The notes under the pieces are model-generated. The model had not been told where the DNA came from and searched no databases. It was given only the letters and a program-made list of their open reading frames with translations. Positions 9,697 to 17,574 of a DNA stretch of 64,000 nucleotides are shown piece after piece. The DNA lies in the sequence record MN871453.1; one strand, 5' to 3'. How positions within the stretch are numbered: the first letter of the stretch is position 1; each line of letters begins with the position of its first letter. The translations under genes were made by a program, and so were the position numbers.

Positions 9697-10119
9697 TTAG
9701 CTCCGTGTGAAAATGTCTACCCCAAAGAATCCTGGGGCGTCTTTGTAACTGTCACCCAACTTCCAATAGTCATTGAAGGTGCGGCGTTTAAGGGTTATCA
9801 CCCCTTCGTATTCGATCAAAGTTTTATTCGTAATGGCGATATCGGCTTTGATCCCTTTATCGGTCAGTCTGAAATTACCGATGAAGTGAGAAGGCGTCAC
9901 GATCTTTCTAAAACGTGCGAAGAATTCGTTAGTATTTTCCCAGGCGAGTTTAGTTAATTGAGGATTAAGTTCACCCTCAAGAACTTGTCTGGTTTTAAAC
10001 GCCCTTGATAACCGTTCGATATCGGCAGCGCGCAGGTAGTTCGGTAAGGGGAGATAAATATTAACTAGTTTACTAACATTAGCCGGTTTAAACACGTTGA
10101 ATACCCTTTCATGAAACAA
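9697..10119 (-). CDS. Hypothetical protein (start uncertain)
   Basis: 140 aa ORF in the operon. Confidence 0.55.
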   Translation of the reverse strand: MFHERVFNVFKPANVSKLVNIYLPLPNYLRAADIERLSRAFKTRQVLEGELNPQLTKLAWENTNEFFARFRKIVTPSHFIGNFRLTDKGIKADIAITNKTLIEYEGVITLKRRTFNDYWKLGDSYKDAPGFFGVDIFTRS

Positions 10120-10125
10120 AACAAA

Positions 10126-10145
10126 TAAGGGCGAAAACGCCCTTA
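10126..10145 (-). terminator. Terminator hairpin
   Basis: TAAGGGCG-AAAA-CGCCCTTA with a U-rich tail on the minus strand. Confidence 0.75.
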
Positions 10146-10148
10146 GAA

Positions 10149-10316
10149 TTAAATTTTACATGCCCCGCCTTCGCAGTCATCGCTGGCTTCGATTTCGGGT
10201 TGTTCTTCGATAAACGCTTCGGCTTTCGCTAACGCCGATTCCGCTTCTTCTTCGCTCAGAGTGAATGAATCAAAATCCAGACTTTCGTCTTTCTTTTCAG
10301 GGGTGGTTTGTGACAT
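10149..10316 (-). CDS. 55-aa acidic protein ending in an RNR alpha-subunit-like redox tail (DDCEGGACKI)
   Basis: Hand-translated MSQTTPEKKDESLDFDSFTLSEEEAESALAKAEAFIEEQPEIEASDDCEGGACKI*. AAGGA SD, flanked by terminators. Below the ORF-track size cut-off. Confidence 0.85.
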   Translation of the reverse strand: MSQTTPEKKDESLDFDSFTLSEEEAESALAKAEAFIEEQPEIEASDDCEGGACKI

Positions 10317-10399
10317 GGTAACACTATCCTTTCTTTATTCTAGGCGGCTTGCCTCAAAGAAAGACAGAATAAACTTAAAAAAGAAAAAGATCTAGGAGC

Positions 10400-10419
10400 G
10401 GAGAGGGTTTACCCTCTCC
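10400..10419 (-). terminator. Terminator hairpin
   Basis: GGAGAGGG-TTTA-CCCTCTCC. Confidence 0.65.
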
Positions 10420-10429
10420 ACCCACTTGT

Positions 10430-10900
10430 TTAGCCGAGATAGAAGCAATTACTGCCTTTATTTTCGGTGACGATTTTCTTGAGCCCGTTGGTTGAGAAAA
10501 CAACGAAGGTCTCCGGATGATCTTGTACGTAAACCTTAACGGTTTTTGCTTTGGTTTTCTTAACGCCTTCGAAGAACAAGCGCCAGTTACTTGCCCCAAC
10601 GGTAGAAACAGGAGAGATCATCTGGTACTTCTGACCGCCCATTTCGATAACCAGCGCGTAGCGATCATCATCGCTGGAAAGCGAGTTGCCGTTAGTACCG
10701 TTCAGAAACAGCGCTTGAACCGGCCATTGGTCGCCAGTATCGCGGCAAGAGAATGCGAGTGAGAAACCGTCGCTGTTTTCGGTGTAGAATTCCAGAGTAC
10801 CCTGCTGATAAGATTCGGTCCAATTATTGACGGTGGCCATGGCATTGAATGACGCGATAGAGGACAGGGCGATGAGTGAAGCAGCAATGAATTTTTTCAT
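10430..10900 (-). CDS. Exported protein (signal peptide)
   Basis: MKKFIAASLIALSSIASFNAMA, two Cys. Confidence 0.75.
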   Translation of the reverse strand: MKKFIAASLIALSSIASFNAMATVNNWTESYQQGTLEFYTENSDGFSLAFSCRDTGDQWPVQALFLNGTNGNSLSSDDDRYALVIEMGGQKYQMISPVSTVGASNWRLFFEGVKKTKAKTVKVYVQDHPETFVVFSTNGLKKIVTENKGSNCFYLG

Positions 10901-10964
10901 GGGATAGACCTTATTAAGTTAACGTAAATAGATAGTTGAACGACAAGGAAACTGCGTCAGTGGA

Positions 10965-11273
10965 CTAGTACCAGTAATTACGGGAATGAAACGATTCTCT
11001 TGCTACCGCTTCTCTTGTTTTCTGATAAACGAGACCTTCGAAGACAGCGCGCATGATCCAGAAAGCGACATGACTGATCAGGTAGCCGATTTTACTTAAG
11101 AAACAAGTCCAATCACGGAGTTTTCTTATCGAGCGACCTTTCCAGGAATTATCGTAAAGGACTTCTGGTGTTGCGCACTTTGTAGTTAACTTTTTGTTAG
11201 CGATGTAGGTTAAGAAAGTGATCATCGCCAGGACAGCAAAAGTAACAACAGAAATGAACAGATAGAATTCCAT
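10965..11273 (-). CDS. Membrane protein (N-terminal TM)
   Basis: FYLFISVVTFAVLAMITFLTYIA, GAGGA SD. Confidence 0.7.
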   Translation of the reverse strand: MEFYLFISVVTFAVLAMITFLTYIANKKLTTKCATPEVLYDNSWKGRSIRKLRDWTCFLSKIGYLISHVAFWIMRAVFEGLVYQKTREAVARESFHSRNYWY

Positions 11274-11293
11274 GGAGTAGTCCTCGGTTTGTC

Positions 11294-11599
11294 TTAAAGT
11301 GGTTGGTAGTCAGCATCATCAAATTTGTCGTGCCACGTGCGACGGTTCTTGCCGGACACGCGATGGCGGTTACGATGACGTTTGTGTTTTTCTTTTTGTC
11401 TTTCCGTTGGTTCACCGTAGAAAAGAACATCGTTAACAGCAGGTTCTTCGTTAACAATTTCTTCGGTAGCACAAACTACTTCGGTCGTTACCTCTTCGGT
11501 AACGACGTCAGCGGCTGTATTTTGAGTACGCGAAGTAAAGAGGTAACCAATTACAAAAGAGACAATGAAAATAACAATGAAAAGTAGCGCCGTAAACAT
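11294..11599 (-). CDS. Membrane-anchored protein with acidic then basic cytoplasmic segments
   Basis: N-terminal TM, EEVTTEVV..., then KEKHKRHRNRHR; AAGGTG SD. Confidence 0.7.
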   Translation of the reverse strand: MFTALLFIVIFIVSFVIGYLFTSRTQNTAADVVTEEVTTEVVCATEEIVNEEPAVNDVLFYGEPTERQKEKHKRHRNRHRVSGKNRRTWHDKFDDADYQPL

Positions 11600-11628
11600 A
11601 GATACACCTTTTGGTTAAGAAGATAGCC

Positions 11629-12228
11629 TCACGAGAGGACATGTCCCATCTCGTCGAGTCCTGTTTCTTTATACGTATTAAATTTTTCAGTACGGTCTTT
11701 AGTGCAATATTTTCCTTCTCTCCTTAAATTATTACGTTCGTTACGTTTAGCCATAAGGAGTTCGCGGAAGGCCAAGAGACTAAAGTTAGAAACAATAATA
11801 CTGAGATTAACTAGTAGAATGCTCGCGGAGATAATTATTCCCACAGGGTGTCTGTTAGTAATACAAGTCAAAAGACCAATTATACTTGTACCAGTAGTTA
11901 TTGATAAAATAAAACCGTATTTTTTCAAAATGCGAGTGACGAACGATTTAGTGAGTATTGTACGAAAGAATTTAATGTCCGAACTGGTCATCTTGCTCCG
12001 ATGTTTTAACAGACATTTAGACCATACTCGTAACTTGTAAGTGATGAATTCCGCCCATTCTTCGTTGGAGCAGTCTTGATTTATTTTATCAAAAAAATCA
12101 ATGACTTCTCTTACTTGACCGACCACATTTAAAACTTTACTAAGTTGAGCAATGCCAGATTCCCACATTTTACGCTCTTCGCTTTTATTTTTATTATTTT
12201 TCGAACCATTTTCTTTTTTAGAAGTCAT
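11629..12228 (-). CDS. Membrane protein (2 TM), AT-rich gene
   Basis: 199 aa with a hydrophobic stretch at about residues 105-155. Confidence 0.7.
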   Translation of the reverse strand: MTSKKENGSKNNKNKSEERKMWESGIAQLSKVLNVVGQVREVIDFFDKINQDCSNEEWAEFITYKLRVWSKCLLKHRSKMTSSDIKFFRTILTKSFVTRILKKYGFILSITTGTSIIGLLTCITNRHPVGIIISASILLVNLSIIVSNFSLLAFRELLMAKRNERNNLRREGKYCTKDRTEKFNTYKETGLDEMGHVLS

Positions 12229-12246
12229 TTTTATTTCCTTTATAAA

Positions 12247-12531
12247 TTAATTATTTTTTGATGAATTCAAACTACCATAAAACATCAAACCGATGATTCC
12301 GGTAAGGATAGTTAAAGTCAACAGTTCGATGTTGAAAATAACTGCCCCAATAATAGAGAGGATGAAAATAGCTGAAATGACAGCATAAAGTACTTTAGTA
12401 CCTTTATTACTCTTACCTTTTTCTTCTTCGGTTTTTGCATTCTTGATGGCCAATTTGTTCATTCCAATGGCCGTCCAAAGAACAAAACTTATAGCGAAGG
12501 TTAATGCAATAATGATGATGGAAGTTAACAT
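12247..12531 (-). CDS. Small membrane protein (3 TM)
   Basis: 94 aa, mostly hydrophobic, AAGGA SD. Confidence 0.7.
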   Translation of the reverse strand: MLTSIIIIALTFAISFVLWTAIGMNKLAIKNAKTEEEKGKSNKGTKVLYAVISAIFILSIIGAVIFNIELLTLTILTGIIGLMFYGSLNSSKNN

Positions 12532-12865
12532 AATTTTTCCTTTTACTTTAAGAGTAGACTTAGACGTGAGAGAGTTGTTTGCGTTATAAGAGTCGCATAC
12601 GGCGATGTCCAGAACCAGACGGCGAAGCCTGTCATTTGTTCTGCAACTACCGAACCAGTAAGAGGGTTTACTGCTATTGTACCTGAACTCTGATCTTTCC
12701 TCGATTTCGGAAGAGTCAGTAGGTACAACGCCACAGCCTCGATTACAGGTGTCGGGTGGGTAACGAGAAATATCGTCTTATAACGGTTTGAGAGTGTGAG
12801 AATTTAATTTAGCTTATCGTAAGGCGTTTCCTTCTTATCTCGTGTGCCAAGGGTGAGGTGACGAC

Positions 12866-13153
12866 TTAAGCGGTTACCGCTGCGTCAGAGACGTCGGTCT
12901 CGCCTGCGTCAGTCGCAGTCTCGCCGTCAGTGGCAGGAGAAATGACGGTTTTGAGGTTGTTGTAGCTATCGTGAATATAGCTGAAGATAACCAAGACCGC
13001 AAAAGCGTAGGCTGCCACTTCCATGGCAGTAGCCATGCAGAACGCGGCGAAGATTGCCAGCGCGGCAACGATCAGGGTGTCGGTGATGAAAGCAAAGATT
13101 GCTTTGGTTTTCTCAGTGAAAGAGAAAGAGAAGAACGCTTTGATTTTTTCCAT
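12866..13153 (-). CDS. Small membrane protein (2 TM, acidic tail)
   Basis: 95 aa, AAGGT SD. Confidence 0.75.
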   Translation of the reverse strand: MEKIKAFFSFSFTEKTKAIFAFITDTLIVAALAIFAAFCMATAMEVAAYAFAVLVIFSYIHDSYNNLKTVISPATDGETATDAGETDVSDAAVTA

Positions 13154-13233
13154 GATAATTTACCTTTTGAATTGAATAATTTAACTACGGGTGAGAGTGC
13201 ACTACTCACGCTGTTGAGAGGCAGCGCTTACTA

Positions 13234-13353
13234 CTATTTGACCGCTTTTAAGTAACTCCCTACGGCGACGGCGAAAACGCAGGCCGGAAGTAAAGCCAGG
13301 TCAAGAATAAGTACCGAGGAAATAATCCCCAGTACCACGAAAGACGTTTTCAT
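13234..13353 (-). CDS. 39-aa hydrophobic micro-protein
   Basis: Hand-translated MKTSFVVLGIISSVLILDLALLPACVFAVAVGSYLKAVK; TAATG overlap and GGAGG SD. Confidence 0.7.
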   Translation of the reverse strand: MKTSFVVLGIISSVLILDLALLPACVFAVAVGSYLKAVK

Positions 13354-13523
13354 TACAACGCCTCCGGTGAATGAGTTGCGTTGAAATTGGCTTTGTTAAA
13401 CTGCTCTTCTGAAAGCGCTCCAATAACTCCCGCGGCGAACGCTACCAGAACTGCTGGGATGATAGTCAGTTCAAAGAAGGTGCAGATCAGCAGAGTGAGA
13501 ATTAACGTGATGAAGTAAGACAT
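13353..13523 (-). CDS. 56-aa hydrophobic micro-protein
   Basis: Hand-translated MSYFITLILTLLICTFFELTIIPAVLVAFAAGVIGALSEEQFNKANFNATHSPEAL; GGGAGA SD. Confidence 0.7.
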   Translation of the reverse strand: MSYFITLILTLLICTFFELTIIPAVLVAFAAGVIGALSEEQFNKANFNATHSPEAL

Positions 13524-13538
13524 GATGATTTCTCCCTC

Positions 13539-13697
13539 TTAGGATAAATAGGTAACGGAGACTAACAGAGCGAACGGCGAAACAATATACCAGACGAGCA
13601 CAGAGACGAACCCGTAAAGGATGGCCATCGGTAACGATACGCCGAAACAAAGCAATGCAATGAGAGTGACAATTAATAAAAGTATACTTTCTTTCAT
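13539..13697 (-). CDS. 52-aa hydrophobic micro-protein
   Basis: Hand-translated MKESILLLIVTLIALLCFGVSLPMAILYGFVSVLVWYIVSPFALLVSVTYLS; GAGGT SD. Confidence 0.7.
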   Translation of the reverse strand: MKESILLLIVTLIALLCFGVSLPMAILYGFVSVLVWYIVSPFALLVSVTYLS

Positions 13698-13753
13698 TTT
13701 ACTTTACCTCTTATTGGTTTAGTTATTTGGAAAAGACTTTTTCCTTTCCTATT

Positions 13754-13786
13754 TCACCTTAGCAATATATACATCAAAAAAACTGC
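13754..13786 (-). promoter_or_regulatory. Putative early (virion RNAP) promoter P1
   Basis: GCAGTT-N11-TATATTGC-N4-GTGA on the minus strand; one of eight aligned copies. Confidence 0.7.
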
Positions 13787-13838
13787 ATTTCGATTTATTG
13801 AAGTTTTTATGAAACATCTACCTTGGGGATTGAATACG

Positions 13839-14378
13839 ATGAAGAAAATTACGCTTTGGGGACATCCTGTTCCGTTATTGGGCTTCTTGCATTGGCTGAG
13901 TTTTTTATTGATCTACTTCGCAGCGTTGATCATTTGCGTCATTGTCACACCGTTTCTACCGGCCTTTGCGACGAAGGACGGGAAACTACCGAAATGGCTG
14001 AAATGGTTCGACACACCGGACAATAGTTTAGATGGGGATTCCGGTTGGAAAGAGAAACACTCTCTCTGGGTAAAGGTACTCCCTGAATGGGCGCAAACTT
14101 ACGTCGCCCGTGTCTTTTGGTTATACCGCAATCCATTGTACGGTTTTTCTATTAGCGTGTTAGGTGCACCAAAAGACAAATTCCGTCAACCTGTTTTAGA
14201 GGGTAAAGGGTTTGATGTTAAAGGCACCTATAAGTCCCATTACTGGATGGTCTACTTCATGCGTGACGACCACGTGAAGAAACGCCGGTTTAAGGTTTAC
14301 ATTGGATGGAAACTGAAAGCAGAAGGATTTGAGAAATACCAGTTTGCATTTCTGATCAACCCGTTCCAAACGCCGTAA
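13839..14378 (+). CDS. Conserved phage membrane protein (LPKWLKWFDTPDNSLDGD...WLYRNP type), late-type island
   Basis: N-terminal TM. Likely start at 13839 (GGGGA SD); TATG at 13808. Confidence 0.7.
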   Translation: MKKITLWGHPVPLLGFLHWLSFLLIYFAALIICVIVTPFLPAFATKDGKLPKWLKWFDTPDNSLDGDSGWKEKHSLWVKVLPEWAQTYVARVFWLYRNPLYGFSISVLGAPKDKFRQPVLEGKGFDVKGTYKSHYWMVYFMRDDHVKKRRFKVYIGWKLKAEGFEKYQFAFLINPFQTP

Positions 14379-14390
14379 AAGAAACAAAAA

Positions 14391-14416
14391 AAAGAGAGGG
14401 CAAACGCCCTCTCTTT
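14391..14416. terminator. Bidirectional terminator
   Basis: AAAGAGAGGGC-AAAC-GCCCTCTCTTT between convergent genes. Confidence 0.85.
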
Positions 14417-14417
14417 T

Positions 14418-14858
14418 TTATATTCTTTTTAAAGAATCGATTTCCAGCGCCACTTCAAATTCGTAAAGCATTCGCCCGAAGAAGGTCGCAATCGTGAGCA
14501 AGCCGAGGAGGTATTCGTGATGTACCATCAACAGAATCGTAAAAGCCAGTGCAACGATGATTCGCTGACAAACATTCATTCCGCCTACAAAGGTGATGTG
14601 TTTTTCTGCCTTTTCAACGATTACTTGGCGCATAGCGGGGGTCAGGACGGCTCGTGTTATATCGGGCAGTGAAATATATTGGTAAAGCACCCAGCCTAAA
14701 CGACCGAGGATGAGTGCTACTGCCCATAGACGAACCAAATCAAAGGCTGTTTCGTTTTGCTTAAAACACAATACAGCGAGTACCACGCAAGAGAGCAGCG
14801 AGCAAATTTTAGAGGTGAGGGTAGAGAGGTAGAACATCTTTGTATTCCTTTTCTTCAT
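14418..14858 (-). CDS. Integral membrane protein (about 4 TM)
   Basis: 146 aa, hydrophobic segments. Confidence 0.7.
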   Translation of the reverse strand: MKKRNTKMFYLSTLTSKICSLLSCVVLAVLCFKQNETAFDLVRLWAVALILGRLGWVLYQYISLPDITRAVLTPAMRQVIVEKAEKHITFVGGMNVCQRIIVALAFTILLMVHHEYLLGLLTIATFFGRMLYEFEVALEIDSLKRI

Positions 14859-14908
14859 GAATTGTCATAGTTGTCAGGGAACGGTTGTTCCCTGACAATG
14901 GACGGAGA

Positions 14909-15400
14909 TTAGTTACAGGTCAGAACGAGCTTCCCTTGGATATGGGTCACGCCAAATGGCATCTGCTGAGCGTCCAGGTTGATTTTCGGAGCCAGCGCCA
15001 GCGTTTTGGTGTTACCTGCGATATTCTGCGCTTGTGCAGCATCAGTCCACGCGTATTCCACATTGTTAACGAATACGGAAGTTTGATCGCGGTTGCTCAC
15101 CGTCATCAGGTTATCGGCAAAGTCGAAGCGACCAGTGTTTTGGGTCAGTTTCGCTTCAGTGAGGCGCCAGTTTTTCTGGGCCGTGTTGCTGGTCAGCACG
15201 AAGTTGATCGCCTTACTGTTATTAGTGCCGGTTTCGCCTTTCAACAGGATACCGCCGACTTGAACACCGTTCGCGTAATCGATACCGCAGGAGATTTGAG
15301 TTTGGTTGTATTCTGCGTCCCAGACCAGTTCATTGGCAGCAAAAGCCGAAGAGGTCAGTGCCAGAGCGATTACGGAAACAGCGATTTTGATAGATTTCAT
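14909..15400 (-). CDS. Exported fimbrial-subunit-like protein
   Basis: Signal peptide MKSIKIAVSVIALALTSSAFA; alternating N-terminal strand ending in Cys (ELVWDAEYNQTQISC); C-terminal strand PFGVTHIQGKLVLTCN; AGGA SD. Confidence 0.55.
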   Translation of the reverse strand: MKSIKIAVSVIALALTSSAFAANELVWDAEYNQTQISCGIDYANGVQVGGILLKGETGTNNSKAINFVLTSNTAQKNWRLTEAKLTQNTGRFDFADNLMTVSNRDQTSVFVNNVEYAWTDAAQAQNIAGNTKTLALAPKINLDAQQMPFGVTHIQGKLVLTCN

Positions 15401-15460
15401 TTGATACAATTCCTATTTGAATAAAGAAAGGTTTTAGTTAAAAACGACGAGAGTTTACTA

Positions 15461-15865
15461 CTATGGATCAACCTGCATGGCACGCTGAGAATCCATTTGT
15501 TGATTCTTTTCCATGCGATCCATTTCCATCTCCAAACGTTTAATTTGGAGTTCTTTCTGACGGCGACTCAAATCAGCGAGTCTTTCACATGACTCTGCCA
15601 TTTTATCGTCGCCCCCGAGAGGGATACTGATGCTAACGTAACCGCCTTTATCGTCATTAGCATAACGATACTCGCTGCCGTTATTTCCGTACGCACCAAC
15701 GTTGATTGTCGCCTGAGGACGACTAACCTCACAGCTAATATCACCGTTTTGAATACGGCCGCGGTTTTCTGCGATGTTGTTGGTGATATAGGGAGCATCA
15801 GCAAAGGCGGTACAAGCCGTTACCATTGTTACAATGAATAAGAGAATTTTATTCGAGATCGACAT
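15461..15865 (-). CDS. Exported protein with beta-hairpin and C-terminal coiled coil (oligomeric pore candidate)
   Basis: Signal peptide, QATINVGAYG...GGYVSISIPLG, two Cys, coiled coil RRQKELQIKRLEMEMDRMEK. Overlaps the upstream gene by 17 nt. Confidence 0.55.
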   Translation of the reverse strand: MSISNKILLFIVTMVTACTAFADAPYITNNIAENRGRIQNGDISCEVSRPQATINVGAYGNNGSEYRYANDDKGGYVSISIPLGGDDKMAESCERLADLSRRQKELQIKRLEMEMDRMEKNQQMDSQRAMQVDP

Positions 15866-16220
15866 TGAAACATGCCTCTGGCTGAATTTCCGATTGAGGG
15901 ACAACCTGCATGGCGCAGATCATTACGTATTTTTTACCGTTACTTCTCTCCCGAATAAATTTATTATTGACTTTGATAGGGAAGGTTGCCCTTTCTCCAC
16001 CGAAGACATATTTTTTATACGGAACGCCGTTTTTGTCGGCGATTTTTTTATCTTCGACGCGAAATACAAAATCAGAAGATTCTTTCGAATCAACAAACAT
16101 CTCAACAACTGTATAGTTGTCGTATCCGATCGGTGTTACCCGCTGCACCGGGCCGAAATAAAATGCCATGGCATTAACAGAGAACAGCGACAAAAGAGTA
16201 AGTAGTAATAAGTGTTTCAT
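15849..16220 (-). CDS. Exported single Ig-fold, chaperone-like protein
   Basis: Signal peptide MKHLLLLTLLSLFSVNAMA; beta-rich 104-aa mature chain ending YVMICAMQ...EACF. Confidence 0.5.
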   Translation of the reverse strand: MKHLLLLTLLSLFSVNAMAFYFGPVQRVTPIGYDNYTVVEMFVDSKESSDFVFRVEDKKIADKNGVPYKKYVFGGERATFPIKVNNKFIRERSNGKKYVMICAMQVVPQSEIQPEACFNVDLE

Positions 16221-16286
16221 TCAATTTCTCGGTGAAAGAAAATAATAGAGGGAGTGAAGGGATTTAAATCCCTTCACTGTATAATC

Positions 16287-16712
16287 TTATTTGCAATGAC
16301 GGCGCGGTTGATGGTTAAAGTTATTCTTCAAACGCTCCAGTGAACTTTTAGATGCCGGCGGTTCGGTGACTTTGGTGTTGTTGATAGATACAACATTTTG
16401 CTTTCCAGTGCACGGCCAAATTTCAAGAATTAATTCGGCTGTATCGTCTTTTTCCAGACCACCATAAACTTCGGAAAGAAGGTAGTAATCTGAAAATGCC
16501 GCTGCGTCTAAAATCAGATCAGAGATCTTAGAACCCGCGACAGGGTAAAGTTGACTAGCAACTAATTCGCCGTCTAAAATGTAAAGCGCCACCGAAATTT
16601 TTGGTGTGGTATAAATAGCTTTGACTTTAATCTCTTTAACAGTATAAGAACTTTTATTAATAGCTTTTTGTACGTTTTCGATAGTTTTCGCAGTCAGTAA
16701 CATTAATAGCAC
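16287..16712 (-). CDS. Hypothetical protein
   Basis: 141 aa, first gene after promoter P2. Confidence 0.6.
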   Translation of the reverse strand: MLLMLLTAKTIENVQKAINKSSYTVKEIKVKAIYTTPKISVALYILDGELVASQLYPVAGSKISDLILDAAAFSDYYLLSEVYGGLEKDDTAELILEIWPCTGKQNVVSINNTKVTEPPASKSSLERLKNNFNHQPRRHCK

Positions 16713-16762
16713 TCCAATAGGTTTAGTTATTTTATTTACGGAAAGCTTTTATCTTTCCTAAA

Positions 16763-16795
16763 TCACTGTAGCTATATAGATGTTAAAAAAATTGG
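16763..16795 (-). promoter_or_regulatory. Putative early promoter P2
   Basis: CCAATT-N11-TATATAGC-N4-GTGA. Confidence 0.7.
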
Positions 16796-16820
16796 AGATG
16801 GGTTCATCTCCAATTGCCTG

Positions 16821-17183
16821 TTATTTCGAATAGCTGTTACGAACGGTAGTCAGGTATTGCCCGCCATTAGGAAAGTTCCCTTTCCCGTCGATGTAATCAA
16901 ATGTGATTTCGTGACTAGGGATAGTCGAAAGAAACCCGCGTTGGTTCGCCACGATCAGTTGTTTGATGACGTTTTGAATTCGTTTCGTCAACACCGTCAA
17001 TCGGGCATTACCAGGACAAACGTTAGTGTAAATTTCGTTATAACGTTTCCCAATCAGTGACAACCTGGCAGGTGCTCGGAAAAGTACGCGTACCCCTTCT
17101 TTTTCGTAAATTTCTTTCTCAAGCTCCCACAGACCAAAAGTCTCCATGGTATCCGGTTGTACAGGAACATCTTGCTTAGTCAT
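16821..17183 (-). CDS. Hypothetical protein
   Basis: 120 aa, GAGGA SD. Confidence 0.7.
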   Translation of the reverse strand: MTKQDVPVQPDTMETFGLWELEKEIYEKEGVRVLFRAPARLSLIGKRYNEIYTNVCPGNARLTVLTKRIQNVIKQLIVANQRGFLSTIPSHEITFDYIDGKGNFPNGGQYLTTVRNSYSK

Positions 17184-17200
17184 TTTCTTTCCTCTGAAAA

Positions 17201-17225
17201 GTAGGCGGGGCTAATCCCCGCCTAC
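17201..17225 (-). terminator. Terminator hairpin
   Basis: GTAGGCGGGG-CTAAT-CCCCGCCTAC with TTTT on the minus strand. Confidence 0.8.
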
Positions 17226-17229
17226 TGTG

Positions 17230-17493
17230 TTAGTCTTTTTCTGACAGACCTAATGCAATGTCTGCCTTTTCTCGCGCTACAATTTCGCTATGGGTAAGCC
17301 CGTGCCCTTTACGTTGATGGCCGCACATCCAGCAACTACAGTTACAAGGTGTGGTCGCTACACGACCGATAATGCCTTTATCGGTTTGGGGTTTCATCCC
17401 ATTAAAATAGACATTGGCGTTCCAATAGTGAGAAACTTTCTTTTTCTTCATAGCACGTTTGAAACGGCGAAAAGCGCGGTCACGAATAGCCAT
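17230..17493 (-). CDS. Small basic Cys-rich phage protein
   Basis: TTPCNCSCWMCGHQRK motif; GAGGA SD before ATG 17493. Confidence 0.7.
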   Translation of the reverse strand: MAIRDRAFRRFKRAMKKKKVSHYWNANVYFNGMKPQTDKGIIGRVATTPCNCSCWMCGHQRKGHGLTHSEIVAREKADIALGLSEKD

Positions 17494-17574
17494 CGTTTTA
17501 AATCCTCTGAGTTCACCCGTAGAGAACATCTCTACGGGCAGAATATGATCTCAGAGTGGCGGTAGTACCGCATT

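Noticed and set aside
10149-10316. Pseudogene remnant of nrdA
   Set aside because: It has its own SD and start codon, an intact frame and flanking terminators, and no nrdA-like sequence upstream. This looks like an independent gene rather than decay.
12543-12734. 63-aa ORF from a GTG start
   Set aside because: SD spacing is poor and composition unremarkable. The region is better explained as structured RNA, though this is not proven.
14909-16220. Canonical chaperone-usher fimbrial operon
   Set aside because: No usher-sized gene and the chaperone-like protein has one domain. Kept only as a non-canonical candidate.
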